From: Chiloscyllium plagiosum
Lineage: Eukaryota
DNA length: 64,000 nucleotides
NCBI RefSeq assembly: GCF_004010195.1
Contig: NC_057711.1
Span: forward strand, 80,449,846 to 80,513,845
Direction of reading: 5' to 3'
Shown here: in pieces, positions 1 through 11,719 of the stretch
Layout: every line of letters begins with the position of its first letter
Position numbering within the stretch: position 1 is the stretch's first letter
Made by a program: the position numbers and the translations under genes
Notes under the pieces: model-generated
The model's input: only the letters and a program-made list of their open reading frames with translations
What the model was told of the DNA's origin: nothing
Databases searched by the model: none

Positions 1-175
1 TCCTAACCTTAGCCCAAACTACCTCAGATGGCGAGTCTTCATCCATCGTCCTTTCCACAGCTGTAATACTATCTTTGACAAGCAATGCCACATCTCCCCC
101 TCTTTTACCCCCACCTCTGACCCTACTAAAACATTTAAACCCTGGAACCTGCAACAGCCAATCCTGTCCCTGTTC
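1..175 (-). mobile_element. CR1 LINE ORF2 endonuclease-region fragment
   Basis: The minus strand reads like the CR1 APE segment (W-LLQVPGFKCF...GGKRGGDVALLVKDSITAV), homologous to 9110-9220 on the plus strand. Confidence 0.7.
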
Positions 176-1089
176 TGTATTAAATCAAGCCACCGAGAAA
201 ACATTTAGGTAACTGAAATGAATAGATTTTAGTATCATTTGTATCAAATTTAATGTGAAGTCTTCACAGTCTTATGTTTTATAAACAGAGCACAAGTGTC
301 TGATACACAATGCCAATCTCTGATCTGATACAATTAATTTACACAGCCTGTATGACTATAGCCATAAAGATTAACAGGTCAAAAGAGCTGATGATTTATG
401 CTTTTATTATTAGTTATTTGGAAACTGCAGCCCGTTCTTTTTATTTTCTAATGTCCTGTCAGTTTCCTGCCCAGACAGCTGTGAAAACTTCCTACAATCC
501 TGTCAAGTTTGTGCTGTTAAAGATCACAGGATAGGAGCAGTTTAGGTAACATATCGTGGCTGGCAGCCAAAAGTGACTCATGGGGACAAATGCGTCGACA
601 AGACTTGTAAATCACTTTTTAACCTCAGTTCTCAGGTTTGACTTTATTTGTTGTCTCAGGCAGACAGCTTTAGTTCCTCTGGGTCCTCAGGCTGATCTGT
701 CATTGTCTGCCCTGATAACCTAAGGTAGGCTGTAATGAAGTCAGTTCGCCTGGCCTTGTAAATAGGCCTGGCTGCTGAGATCATGTTAGACCTGTTCCGT
801 TATTAGATTTTCAACTCTTGGGCCTTTGGCAAGGCCCCTGGGAGGTCTTCAGAAGTGCAAGAATAATTGGTGAACTGAAGGCAGGAAAGGTTCATCACCT
901 CATTAACATAAGCTTTCCCACAACATGTGCCGGGGTTATTTTGTCAACCATTTATTTTTAATGGTCCTTGCAGCTGTGATTAAAAACACAGCAGGTTAAA
1001 CCAGTCCATGCTGTTTGTAAATCTTCTTCTAATAGGAATAGGCAGCATATGCAAGTTGCAGACTGCTATTGTTCTATTCGCTTTGTGAT

Positions 1090-1592
1090 CTTATAGCCAT
1101 GGAGATGTACAGCATGGAAACAGACCCTTTGGTCCAAATCGTCCATGCTGACCAGATATCCTAACCTAATCTAGCCCCATTTGCCAGCACTTGGCCCATC
1201 TCCCTCTAAACCCTTCCTGTTCATATACCCATCCAGATGTCTTTTAAATGTTGCAATTGTACCAGCCTCCACCATTTCCTTTTGGAGCTCATTCCATACA
1301 TGCACCACCCTCTGTGTGAAAAAGTCGCCCCTTACGTGCCTTTTATATCATTCCCCTCTCACCCTAAACTGATGCCCTCTAGTTCTGGACTCCCCCACAC
1401 CAGGAAAAAGACCTTGTCTATTTATCATATCCATGCCCCTTATGATTTTATAAACCTCTATATGGTCACCCCTCAGCCTCTGACGCTCCAGGGAAAACAG
1501 CCCCAGCCTATTCAGCCTTTCCCTGTAGCTCAAATCCTCCAACCCTGGTAATGTCCTTGTAAATCTTTTCTGAACTCTTTCAAGTTTCATAA
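1090..1592 (-). mobile_element. CR1 LINE 3' end (RT C-terminus + 3' UTR), 5'-truncated
   Basis: ORF 1348..1590 reads KLERVQKRFTRTLPGLEDLSYRERLNRLGLFSLE..RLRGD; the same 3' UTR recurs many times in the window. Confidence 0.92.
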
Positions 1593-2750
1593 CGCCTTTT
1601 CTCTCTGTTATGTCAATTCATTGTACTCAGTCTAATAATTGTTTGGGGTTATACATGCAAGACAATACTGGATTAGATTTGGAAACATTCAAACAAGTTT
1701 ATACCACATGAAGTCTGCAATAAGATCTCCTGTTGAGTATTTTGGTAACAAAAAATACTTTAAGTATAACCTATAATTTTGACAATGAATGTGTTGGTTA
1801 AATAATTTTAATGAGTTTCCTTATATATGATCTAAAATTTAAGAGTTTCTCCTAAAGGTAAAATTATAATTATTTAGGGTCTCAGTAACAACAGTTGAAT
1901 TGAAAGTTGAGGGTTGATTTTCAATCCCATTTTCATGTTCGGTGAGACTGATTGCATTGTACTTTGACATTTGACTGTATCAAGGACTTTTTTTTGTGTG
2001 TTTGCACATGGTGCTGAATGGTGTCACTGTTCTAAGAGCTTTTGTTTGGTTTTGACTCTGAAAGTTCTGCTGTAACGAACTCAATTTTATGTTGGCCATA
2101 AGAATATTCTTTAACTGATGAAAACTTGGTGGGAATTACTTTGACTGTAACATACAAGTCAACCTGACGCATAAAACAACCACATTCTTATGGTGGCAGA
2201 AGATCACGATTTTGTATGTACCCTCCACCATATAAGTCAGCTCTCCTTTTCAGGTACAAAATGCTGTTAATGCAGAGTTTCCTTGTTTTATACTGTAAAT
2301 TATCCCATGAGGTTATACAGTCAGTCTAGCCAAGAAAGCATGCAAGAGTTTAAAACACCCAGTTAGAGCAGACCACACATGGCATGACACAAGATGAACA
2401 GCAATCTGACCTCCAGCAAAATGAATGAATCCGTTTTCATGCTTTTTTTTTGTATTTTCTGTGAAATATTTAGCCTCACTACTGGTTGGAACTGCATGGT
2501 AGTGTTAACCCTTTCTATATTAGCTGCTGTCGTGTCTGGTCTGTAGCGGCACTTCTGGTACTGTGTCATAGCTTTCAAAGGGTTCAAGGTCTCTATTCAA
2601 AGACTTAAGAGCATAATCATGTTCTCGAGACATAAATCCCTCCATGGTGTGATCCTATCCAACCTTTGTAATCCTCCTAATATTTTTGAGCCACTGTACA
2701 ATTATTCATGTATGGCATTATTCATTTGGTGGGAGTGCTATCACCACTAG

Positions 2751-3200
2751 GGGCTAGATTTTCATGTTTTTAAGCTAAGTATTACGTTTGTAAGGTTTTA
2801 TGGCTTCAGACTGACACTACTCACACCATCCTGTGCACTTCACCTCACTAGTTATGCAGTCAGCTTCCTAAATGTATTATTTATGCAATCATGCTGTAAT
2901 AAAGTCTGTATTTAAAGCCAAACTACATACTATCTCAGCTGCTGCAAGCCTGGAACTACCTCACAAACTGCTCACTTAGGAAATTGTCATGACTGAGAAG
3001 GGGAAGCCAACATTCACTCTTCATATAGCGATCTGGGCAATATTGTCAAGAGGAGGGCCATCTCTCCCTGGGAGATCCACACAGCCTGCCTGGACATGGA
3101 CAGCAGTCCAGGTCAGTGCTGTCTCAAGACAGAATGCACTATATTGAAGGGAGAAGGTCAATGATCTTCTGCACTGCTCGGACTTTAGTGCCATCCTCTT
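2751..3200 (+). mobile_element. Degenerate PIF/Harbinger-like fossil with Myb/SANT-like ORF remnant
   Basis: GGGCTAGATTTT terminus-like motif at 2751; frameshifted peptides from 2989-3175 (MTEKGK..RRAI..PAWTWTAVQVSAVS..EKVNDLL) resemble the Harbinger Myb-like protein. Confidence 0.5.
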
Positions 3201-3737
3201 CTCTCTGCTACCTCACATTCACCAAAACTCTGCCACTGTGCACAAACCTTACCATTGCTTGTGGACTACCAACATCAACTTTCTACTTAACAGTTCTCAT
3301 CCACCTCAACCTCCATAATTCCTAACCCTTCTTGCCTTCTGACTAAAAAGTAATGTAATCCACAGAGGCTGACAGGCTAAAAGAAGGCAATAACCATGAG
3401 ACACATCCTGTGTGCCCCTGGGCACAAAGCAGCACTGAAGTAGTCCATGGTGAGGATGGTGGTTTACTGATGTTTACTTCAGTAGGTGAAGGGTGGAGGA
3501 GAACACTGCTCACGGAACATTCAAGGACATGTTGGTGAAGGGATGGAGAATCAAGCAGAGAACTGCATCCACAAATTAATTGTTCTGTCTTTCAATTTGA
3601 AAATTATCACATTCTAGATTCTCAGGAGTGAAGGGAGAAATTCTAGCTGCATATAAATGAGGTGAGATTAGCTAATAAAATGATACAAAGACAAAGAAAT
3701 AATTACTTATTAGTGACCTTCAGAACTCGCCATTGAA

Positions 3738-4040
3738 ACCATAAGGCATTCAGGTATAGGAGCAGAATTAGGCCATTCAGTCATTGAGTGTGCTCTACTA
3801 TTCAATCATGGCTAATATGTTTTTCAACCCATTATCCTGTGTTTTTCACAATAATACTCGATCCCCTAATTAATCAAGACCTTATCTATCTGTTAATTGA
3901 TGATGACAAGCTTATGCTTGAAGCTTCTCAGATGCTGTCTGACCAGCTGTGCTTTTCCAGCACCACACATTTTGACCCTATCTATCACTGTCTTAGATGA
4001 ATTGGCTTCTGCAGTCTTCTGAGGCAATGAGTTCTAGACC
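3738..4040 (-). mobile_element. Old CR1 3' UTR fragment interrupted by a short Penelope-derived insert
   Basis: The ATAGGAGCAGAATTAGGCCATTCAG..TTCAATCATGGCT tail resembles 16990-17100 and 50790-50880. Confidence 0.65.
3891..3973 (+). mobile_element. Short Penelope-derived insertion with decayed hammerhead head
   Basis: TGATGA..GATGCTGTCTGACCAGCTGTGCTTTTCCAGCACCACAC; flanked by GACCTTATCTATC (3878) and GACCCTATCTATC (3974). Confidence 0.65.
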
Positions 4041-4379
4041 TTGACCTTAAGAGGAAAATAGGAAATTATTTTTCCCAATGTTAAGAGTTCGTTTTTTTTT
4101 CATTCTTGCCAGATTTTCCTACATTTTTCACTGTAACCCATGTTCCCCCAAGGGCTCCTTATGCTCCCCATCTGTCTTATTCTCTTCAATTTCCTTTCTA
4201 AAATTCTTAACTTTGTAAATCTCATTTAATAAGCTTTCTTCACATCTGCATTGTGTTTCTAATGTTATCTCTTCATGTTTCTACCAATTAGTGTATTATT
4301 TATGGTAGAAAATGACATAGCACATTTCATCACATGAGCGGCAGTTTGCAATATCAAGTCATCATCCTTGTAGATATTT

Positions 4380-4640
4380 TAAGGCAGTGCTGACACAATA
4401 AAGGAAGTAAGGAATTCTTTTCTTACTGGTATCCTGATCAATATTCTTTTTAAACCAAATAAAACAAAATTAGATTAATCAATCATTTTGTTTACTTTGT
4501 GAGATTCTACTATGAACAAAAATGGCTTCCATGTTTGTATATATGATTACACATTAAAATAACTGTTTGTATGCAAAGCACCTTAAAATGCCTTTGAGAA
4601 ATATGATAAGACAGTCTCTAATATAAAACGTTATTTTCTT
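4380..4640 (+). mobile_element. Highly decayed Deu-domain SINE (SacSINE1/AmnSINE1-like) 3' part
   Basis: Collinear similarity to 29820-30030 (GGTATCCTGATCAATATT..TTTGTGAGATTCTACTATGAACAAAAATGGCT). Confidence 0.45.
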
Positions 4641-6004
4641 GGTTCATTTTTAAAATAATAATTAAAAGAAATATTAATACCATTGCATCAATATTTGAGA
4701 AATCATCCAGCTTCATAATTTCTAACTTAGTAAGCTTTCTTGAAAAGCTACTACATAAACTGCCTTTAGTATTTCATTTCTTTAGCAGTATCAATATATA
4801 AATTGTTTATCATTTCACAATTTCTTTTAAGCTAAAGGACATAAAGCTAAACGAAAGGATGTACATAACTGCTGAGCAATATTTTACATATGGTGTTGCC
4901 AAATTACAAATAAAATGCTGCAAACATGTGACATTGTTCAGTGCAAAAACTATACATAATTCCCCTGGGGTTGTAAACCTCATACCACATAAACCATAAA
5001 ATGTGACAGTTTGCAGTTTTCAAGCTGCATTAAACTAGTGCTCCCAACATAGCACTTTTGTTTTTCATTCATGTTCAACACAGCAGGTTCAAATTCAGAT
5101 CCTCTTGTACCCATTAAAATTGAATTCCAGTCACTCATATTTCCATTCCCATTTTGCACATATACGCTACATTTCAGAAGGTAGAATGTTGGCTAAAGTC
5201 CAATAAGTCCACCAAATCTGATGGGATGCATTCTAGAATGTCAAAGGAAGTAGCTACAGAGAATGCATGCACTGATAATAGTCATTCAAGAATTGCCAGA
5301 TTCTGGAAATGTCCCAGGATTGGAAAACTGCCAACGTAATACCTTTAGTTAAAAAAAGAGTCAAAAACAAGTAACTGTAGACCAGTTAGCTCAACATCTG
5401 TTATTTGGAACATGTTAGAGAATTTAATAACAGAGCATTTAGAAAGGCATAATATAATCAAGGAGAGTCAGCATGACTTCAAGAAGGCTTCAAGCATGAC
5501 TTAAATCATGCCTGACAAATTTACTCCAATTCTATGAGGATGTAACAAGCAAGATCGATGTATGGGAACTAGTAAACACAATATGTTGGATTTCTAGAAA
5601 GCATTTGGTAAGATGCCATACATTAGGCTACTTAATTAGATAAAAGTCCAGCGTGGTGGAAGTACCATATTCATTTGGATAGAGAATTGGTTAACTAAAG
5701 AAAATAAAGAGCTGGAATAAAGTGGCAGTTTTCAGGCTGGCAACCTTAGTTAATGGAGTACCACAGGGATCAGTACTGGTGCCACAATTATTTACAATAT
5801 ATTAATGATTGGATAAGGAAAGTGAATGTACTATAACCAATTTCACAAATGAGACAAAAAATAGGTGGGAATGCAAGTGGTGAGTATGACACAAAAATTC
5901 TACACTGGAACATAAGTGGGTTAAGTGAGTGGGCAAAAATTTAGTACATGCATTACATTGTGGGAAAATATGCAATAATGCATTTTAGCAGGAAGAATAC
6001 ATGT

Positions 6005-6193
6005 ACAATGAGCTGCAATAGGAAGTAATAATTGCAACATTTAAAAGGCATTTGGATAGGTATATGAATAGGAAGGGTTTAGAGAATTACGGGCCACGTG
6101 CTAGCAAATGAGACTAGATCAAGTTAGGATACCTGGTCAGCATGGACGAGTTAGACAGAAGGATCTGTTTCCATGCTGTACATCTCTATGACT
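6005..6193 (+). mobile_element. Younger CR1 3' UTR fragment
   Basis: AAAAGGCATTTGGATAGGTATATGAATAGGAAGGG...CATCTCTATGACT, the same tail as 41170-41328. Confidence 0.85.
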
Positions 6194-6195
6194 GA

Positions 6196-6500
6196 ATTAG
6201 ATTAGATTAGATTCGATTCCCTACAGTGTGGAAACAGGCCCTTCAGCCCAACAAGTCCACTCTGACCCTCCGAAGAGTAACCTACCTAGACAAATACACC
6301 TAACATTGTGGGCAATTTAGCATGGCCGATTCACCTGACCCGCACATTTTTGAACTGTGGGAGGAAACCAGAGCACCCGGAGGAAACCCACGCAGACATG
6401 GAGAGAATGTGCAAACTCCACACAGACAGGAATTTAAATTGAACCTGGGACCCTGGTGCTGTGAGGCAGCAGCACCAACCACTGGGCCACTGTGCTGCCC
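6196..6500 (-). mobile_element. HE1-like tRNA-derived V-SINE
   Basis: tRNA-like head with A/B boxes, V-domain TGTGTGGAGTTTGCACATTCTCTCCATGTCTGCGTGGGTTTCCTCCGGGTGCTCTGGTTTCCTCCCACA, (TCTAA)n tail. Confidence 0.9.
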
Positions 6501-6756
6501 TTAAACACAAAGGATATTTAAGTGGAGAAAGACTGCAGAAAGCTACAGCACAGAAGGATTTTACAGTCCTCATCCCCAATCACAAAAAGCTAGTGTCAAA
6601 GTTCAGCAGGTGACAGGGAAGGCAAAAGGAACATTGGCCTTTATTTCAAAGGGAGCAGAATTTAACAATAGAAAAGTATTACAAAAACAAGACACTAATT
6701 AGGTCACCCCTGAAATACTGTGAAAGTTTTGGTCACCATGTCTAAGAAAAGATAAA

Positions 6757-6947
6757 AATCACACAACACCAGGTTATAGTCCAACAGGTTTAATTGGAAG
6801 CATACTAGCTTTCGGAGCGAAGCTCCTTCATCAGGAGCATCGCTCCGAAAGCTAGTATGCTTCCAATTAAACCTGTTGGACTATAACCTGGTGTTGTGTG
6901 ATTTATAACTTTGTACACCCCAGTCCAACACCGGCATCTCTGAATCA
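6757..6947. mobile_element. Penelope-derived insertion with fold-back inverted repeat and 14 bp TSD
   Basis: 6756-6820 is the exact reverse complement of 6840-6904; TAAGAAAAGATAAA at 6743-6756 and 6948-6961; the arm matches 48664-48745. Confidence 0.9.
6803..6835 (-). ncRNA. Minimal hammerhead ribozyme core (Penelope type)
   Basis: Minus strand CTGATGA-A-GGAGC-TTC-GCTCC-GAA-AGCT-A; stem I is largely lost at the inversion junction. Confidence 0.65.
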
Positions 6948-7989
6948 TAAGAAAAGATAAATTAGCATGGGAGACGGTCTGCAGAAAGTTCACTGGCTTG
7001 ATCCTGGGAATGGAATGACTGTTTCTTAGTTTGAGCCTGTACTCATTGGAGTTTCAAAAAAATGAGTGTAGATCTTATTGAAATATATAAGTTGTTTTAG
7101 GGGACTTGACAGGATAGATGCAGAAAGGTTATTTTCTGTTTTGGGCGAGTCTAGGACCAGAGAAAGAAAGGGTTGTCCAGTTAGGACAGAGATGAGAAGG
7201 GTTTATTTTTCTCTAACTGCAAATGGCTGTCAGAATTTGGTCATTAAGTATATTCAACTAAAAACTATACAAAAAGAATGTAAAACAAGGATTCTTCATT
7301 CTACAAATCTTTAAAAATTAATGGAGAAGTGTAACTTAGAGGGATTTACAATGGATAGTTACCTGATGCCCCAGATACATGGGATATAGTTGCAGACCTT
7401 AACCACTTGTCTCTGATCAGCCAGGTTGCAGCATTCAGTTGGTGGAGCTCTTTAGTGAACCACCCTTGACTACATGATGCCTTTCTCTCCAATGTTGAGG
7501 TTTTGCCTATCCAGGTCTCCTAGAGCTGGTCACTCAGTCTGTTACCACTTCCCAGCTCTCTAAAATCATCAGTGGCTTTGGATTACAGTACTTATGATTT
7601 GGCTCCTTAACACTGTGATTCACCCAGTCTTCCTGCTGCCTTGTTTTTCTTTCTTCATGACCTTTCTCTGACTTAAGGGTTTTACAAATTTGTCTGTTTC
7701 AATTCCCTTTCCTGATCTCCTAGGCAACAGAGGCTTCCAACTTCATCATTCACGAGTCTTAGACTTCTGCTCCTTGCTGTTTTTTTTTCCTTTACCTCAT
7801 GGCATCTGGCTCCAAATGTAGGCCATGCAGCCTATTGAGACTGACTTATATTCAGAAAGATCATATCTAATTATCTGCCTCGGCGCCACTTTCCTGCATT
7901 ATCTCCTTATCTTTTGATGCCACCTGCCAGGTATTGGTTCAGGAATGGGAGCATGCAAGACTAGTGATGAGGAAATATCTTCACTTGAT

Positions 7990-8310
7990 CTGACACATGC
8001 AGCCATTATGGTTTGCTCTGTGATGTTTTGGATGGCAGCATGATGCATGTCCTGTGCATTCATGGGGTTGAAGTATGGAATGGAGTCATGAGATAGTTGT
8101 GAAAAGGATAGCCCTTGGTATTTAGTATTATCCTCCATTTTGATATGGCAGCTAGAAGACTGAGGAAACAGCACACTGGAATAGAATGATCATATCATGA
8201 CTGCTGCAGGAATACAGTAGATTCTGCTGTATGCTAGCTGGTTGTGTGTTATAGTACCAACAAATTCATTGGATGATGCATCTTGGGGAAGCACCCCAAC
8301 GTGAAGGGGT
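7990..8310 (-). mobile_element. PIF/Harbinger DDE transposase (HARBI1-like) fossil
   Basis: Minus-strand peptides in the expected order: SSHDMIIL (~8195), LNTKGYPFHNYLMTP (8082-8125; cf. LGDxGYPLxxWLMTP), HAAIQNITEQTI (~8010-8043). Confidence 0.7.
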
Positions 8311-8394
8311 TCAGGACCACACTCACTTTCACAGCCACTGACAGCTCTCTGCTTGACCATTTCTAAGGTTGCAAGTTTGTTTGTAAGAGATACC

Positions 8395-10685
8395 AGTTCT
8401 TGTAGCCAGCAGCGACAAAATCAGAATGGCATGCTGCCTCCCTGGTGCCAGGAACAAAGATGTCTCAGAAAGGGTGCAGAATGTTCTCAAAGGGGAGAAG
8501 GACCAGCAGGAGGTCATGGTACACATTGGAACCAATGACATAGGAAGGGAAAATGATGAGATTCTGAAGGGAGAATATAGAAAGTTAGGCAGGAATTTAA
8601 ACAGGACGAGGGTAGTAACATCTGGATTACTCCTGGTGCTACGAGCTAGTGAGGGCATGAATAGGAGGATAGAGCAGATGAATGCATGGCTGAGGAGCTG
8701 GTGTATGGAAGAACGTTTCACATTTTTGGATCATTGGAATCTCTTCTGGGGTAGAAGTGACCTGTACAAGAAGAACGTGTTACACTTGAATTGGAAGGGT
8801 ACTAATATACTGGCAAGGAGATTTGCCAAAGATGCTTGGGAGGATTTAGATAGTGAAGTGAGGGACTAGAACACAGGGAGATAGTGAGGAAAGAGATCAA
8901 TCTGAGACTGGTACAGTTGAGAAAAGAAACGCGTCAAACAGTCAGGGTAGGGAGAGACAAAGCAGAGAATAAGGTAGGACTGATAAGTTAAACTGCATTT
9001 AATTCAATGCAAGAGGCCAAACAGAGAAGGCAGATGAACTCAGGGCATGGTTAGGAACATGGGGACTGGGATATCATAGCAATTACAGAAATATGGCTCA
9101 GGGATAGACAGGACTGGCAGCTTAATGTTCCAGGATACAAATGCTACTGGAAGGACAAAAAGGGAGGCAAGACAGTAGGGGAAGTGGTGTTTTTGATAAG
9201 GGATAGAGTTACAGTGTACTGAGGGAAGATAGTCCCAGAAATACATCCAGGGAAGTTATTTGGTTGGAACTGAGAAATAAGAAAGGGATGACCACCTTAT
9301 TGGGATTGTATTATAGACCCCCTAATAGTCAGAGGGAAATTGAGAAACAAAATTGTAAGGGGTTTTCAGTTATCTTTAAGATTAGTAGGGTGGTCATGGT
9401 AGGGGATTTTAACTTTCCAAACATAGACTAGGACTGCCATAGAGTTAAGGGTTTAGATGGAGAGGAATTTGTTAAGTGTGTACAAAAAAAAATTCTGATT
9501 CAAAATGTGGATGAACCTACTAGAGAAGATGCAAAACTTGATCTAATCTTGGGAAATAAGACAGGGCAGGTGACTGAGGTGTCAGTGGGGGAGCACTTTT
9601 GAGCCAGTGACCATAATTCTATTAGATTTATAATAGTGATGGAAAAGGATAGACCACATCTAAAAGTTGAAGTTCTAAATTGGAGGAAGGCTAATTTTGA
9701 TGGTATTAGGCAAGAACTTTCTAAAGTTGACTGGGGGCAGATGTTCGCAGGTAAGGAGACTGCTGGAAAATGGGAAACCTTCTGAAATGAGATAACAAGA
9801 GTCCAGAGAAAATATATTCCTGATAGAGTGAAAGGGAAGGCTGATAGATGTAGGGAATGCTGGATGACTGTAGAAATTGAGAATTTGTTTAAGAAAAGGA
9901 AGGAAGCATATGTCAGGTATAGATCGAGTGAATCCTTAGAAAGGCAGTAGGAGTATACTTAAGAGAGAAATCAGGAGGGAAGAAAGAGGAAATGAGATAG
10001 CTTTGGCAAATAGAATTAAGGAGAATCCAAAGGGTTTTTATAAATATATTAAGAACTAAAGGGTAACTAGGGAGAGAATAGGGCCCCTAAAAATCAGCAA
10101 GGCAGCCATTGTGTGGAGCTGCTGGAGATGGGGAGATACTAAACAAATACTTTGTATCAGTGTTTACTGTGGAAAGGAACATGGAAGATATAGAATGTAG
10201 GGAAACAGATGGCGACATCTTGAAAAATATCCATATTAAAGAGGAGGAAGTGCTGGATGTCTTGAAACACATAAAAGTGGATAAATCCCCAGGACCTGAT
10301 CAGCTGTGCCATAGTACTCTGTGGGAAGCTAGAGAAGTGATTGCTGGGCCTCTTGCTGAGATATTTGTATCATCAATAGTCACAAGTGAAGTGCTGGAAG
10401 ACTGGAGATTGGTTAATGTGGTATCACTATTTAAGAAAGGTGGTAGAGAGAAGCCAGGGAACTATAGACCGGTAAGCGTGATGTCGGCAAGTCATTGGAG
10501 AGAACCCTGAGGGATAGGATTTACACGTATTTGGAAAGGCAAGAACTGTTTAAGGATAGTCAACATAGCTTTGTGCATAGGAAATCATGTCTCACAAACT
10601 TGATTCCTTTTTTTGGAGAAGTAACAAAGAGGATTGATGAGGGCAGAGTGGTAGATGTGATCTATATGGACTTCAGTAAGGCATT
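8395..10685 (+). mobile_element. CR1 LINE: ORF1 SGNH-esterase region, APE endonuclease and 5' half of RT, truncated
   Basis: ORF 8426 CCLPGA..VMVHIGTNDIG..DHW..LHLN; EN motifs YYRPP and GDFNF; ORFs 10109 and 10495 KSPGPD, PGNYRPVS, SCLTNL, YMDFSKA. Confidence 0.93.
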
Positions 10686-10789
10686 ATGAGAAGCCTCTGG
10701 TGAGCTGACTTCTTGGACCACAGGAATCCACTTAGTGTAAGTAGACACCATACCGGGGAATTCAAGGATTTTAACCCAGTGACTTGGTT

Positions 10790-11719
10790 GCATTCCCATG
10801 TAGTTGCTGATATGACCTTTGAGATGAAAGTGGTTGTGCATTTAAAAAACACTGTCTGAGGAGCCTTGGAGAATGCCTGCAGTACATCTTGTAGATGGTC
10901 GCACAGCTGCTACTGAGCCTGGTGTTGGAACTGGATATTTGTGGATGATGTGCCAAACAAGCAGAACTGATATATCCTGGATGGTGTCAACAATCTTGAG
11001 TGTAGACAGAGCTGCATGCAAATAGGGAGTATTCCATCGCAGACCTAACTTGTATCGTATTGATGTGAACAGACTTTGGAATGTATTAGGAGGTGAGTTG
11101 GTCTCTGCAAGATTCCTAACTTCTGACTGACTCTTGAGCTATTGGGCTTATATGGTTAGTCCAGTTTAATTTTTGACCAGTTATGATTCCCAGGATATTG
11201 ACATGGGGAATTTAGTGATGATATTGTCATTGATTGTTAAAGGGCAATGGCTGGATTCTCTTCTTGGCGATGGTCATTTTGTAGCACTTGTATGTTGCGA
11301 ATATTACTTGTCACATGTTAACCCAAGACTGGATATTGTTCAGGTCTTATTGCCTTTGGTCATGCCCTGCTTCAGCATCTGAGGATCTGCAGATGATGTT
11401 GAACATTGTGCAATCATTACCGAACATCCCCACTTCTAACCTTATGATAGAGGGAAGTAATTGATGATGATTGGACCCAGGATCCTAAGGAACTCCTGCA
11501 GAGATGGCCTGAGATGACAGACCTTCAGAAACCACAACTATCTTCCTCCGTCAGTGCTATGCTAGGTCTGATTCTAACCAGTGGAGAGCTTTCTTCCTGA
11601 TGCCCGTTAATTCCAGTTTTGCTGATTATCCTTGATGAACCACTGAATCAAGTGTGATCTTGGAGTTAAGGGAACTTACTCTCACCTCACCTCTGAAATT
11701 TAGCTCTTTTGTCCATGAT
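10790..11719 (-). mobile_element. CR1-Zenon-like LINE, RT 3' part (continues at 13650)
   Basis: Minus-strand RT remnants (GSLGSW for QGSVLGP, FADP for FADD, QDLNNIQSW, QVRSAMEYS); the sequence is distinct from the main CR1 family. Confidence 0.7.

Larger units (their letters stand above)
5165..7260 (+). mobile_element. Old decayed CR1 LINE (RT region to 3' end) with three nested insertions
   Basis: RT motifs in broken frames (SCLTNL, DF.KAF, GVPQGSVL), ORF 7078 RGLDRIDAERLF; interrupted at ~6005-6500 and 6757-6947. Confidence 0.85.

Noticed and set aside
6196..6500. tRNA gene calls at SINE heads (also 22982, 54739, 56242, 57196)
   Set aside because: The A/B-box heads continue into the V-domain and LINE-like tail with no complete cloverleaf; they are SINEs.
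8426..10689. Esterase + nuclease + RT as a novel operon or retron-like system
   Set aside because: This is the known ORF1/ORF2 layout of CR1 LINEs, here with stops and frameshifts.
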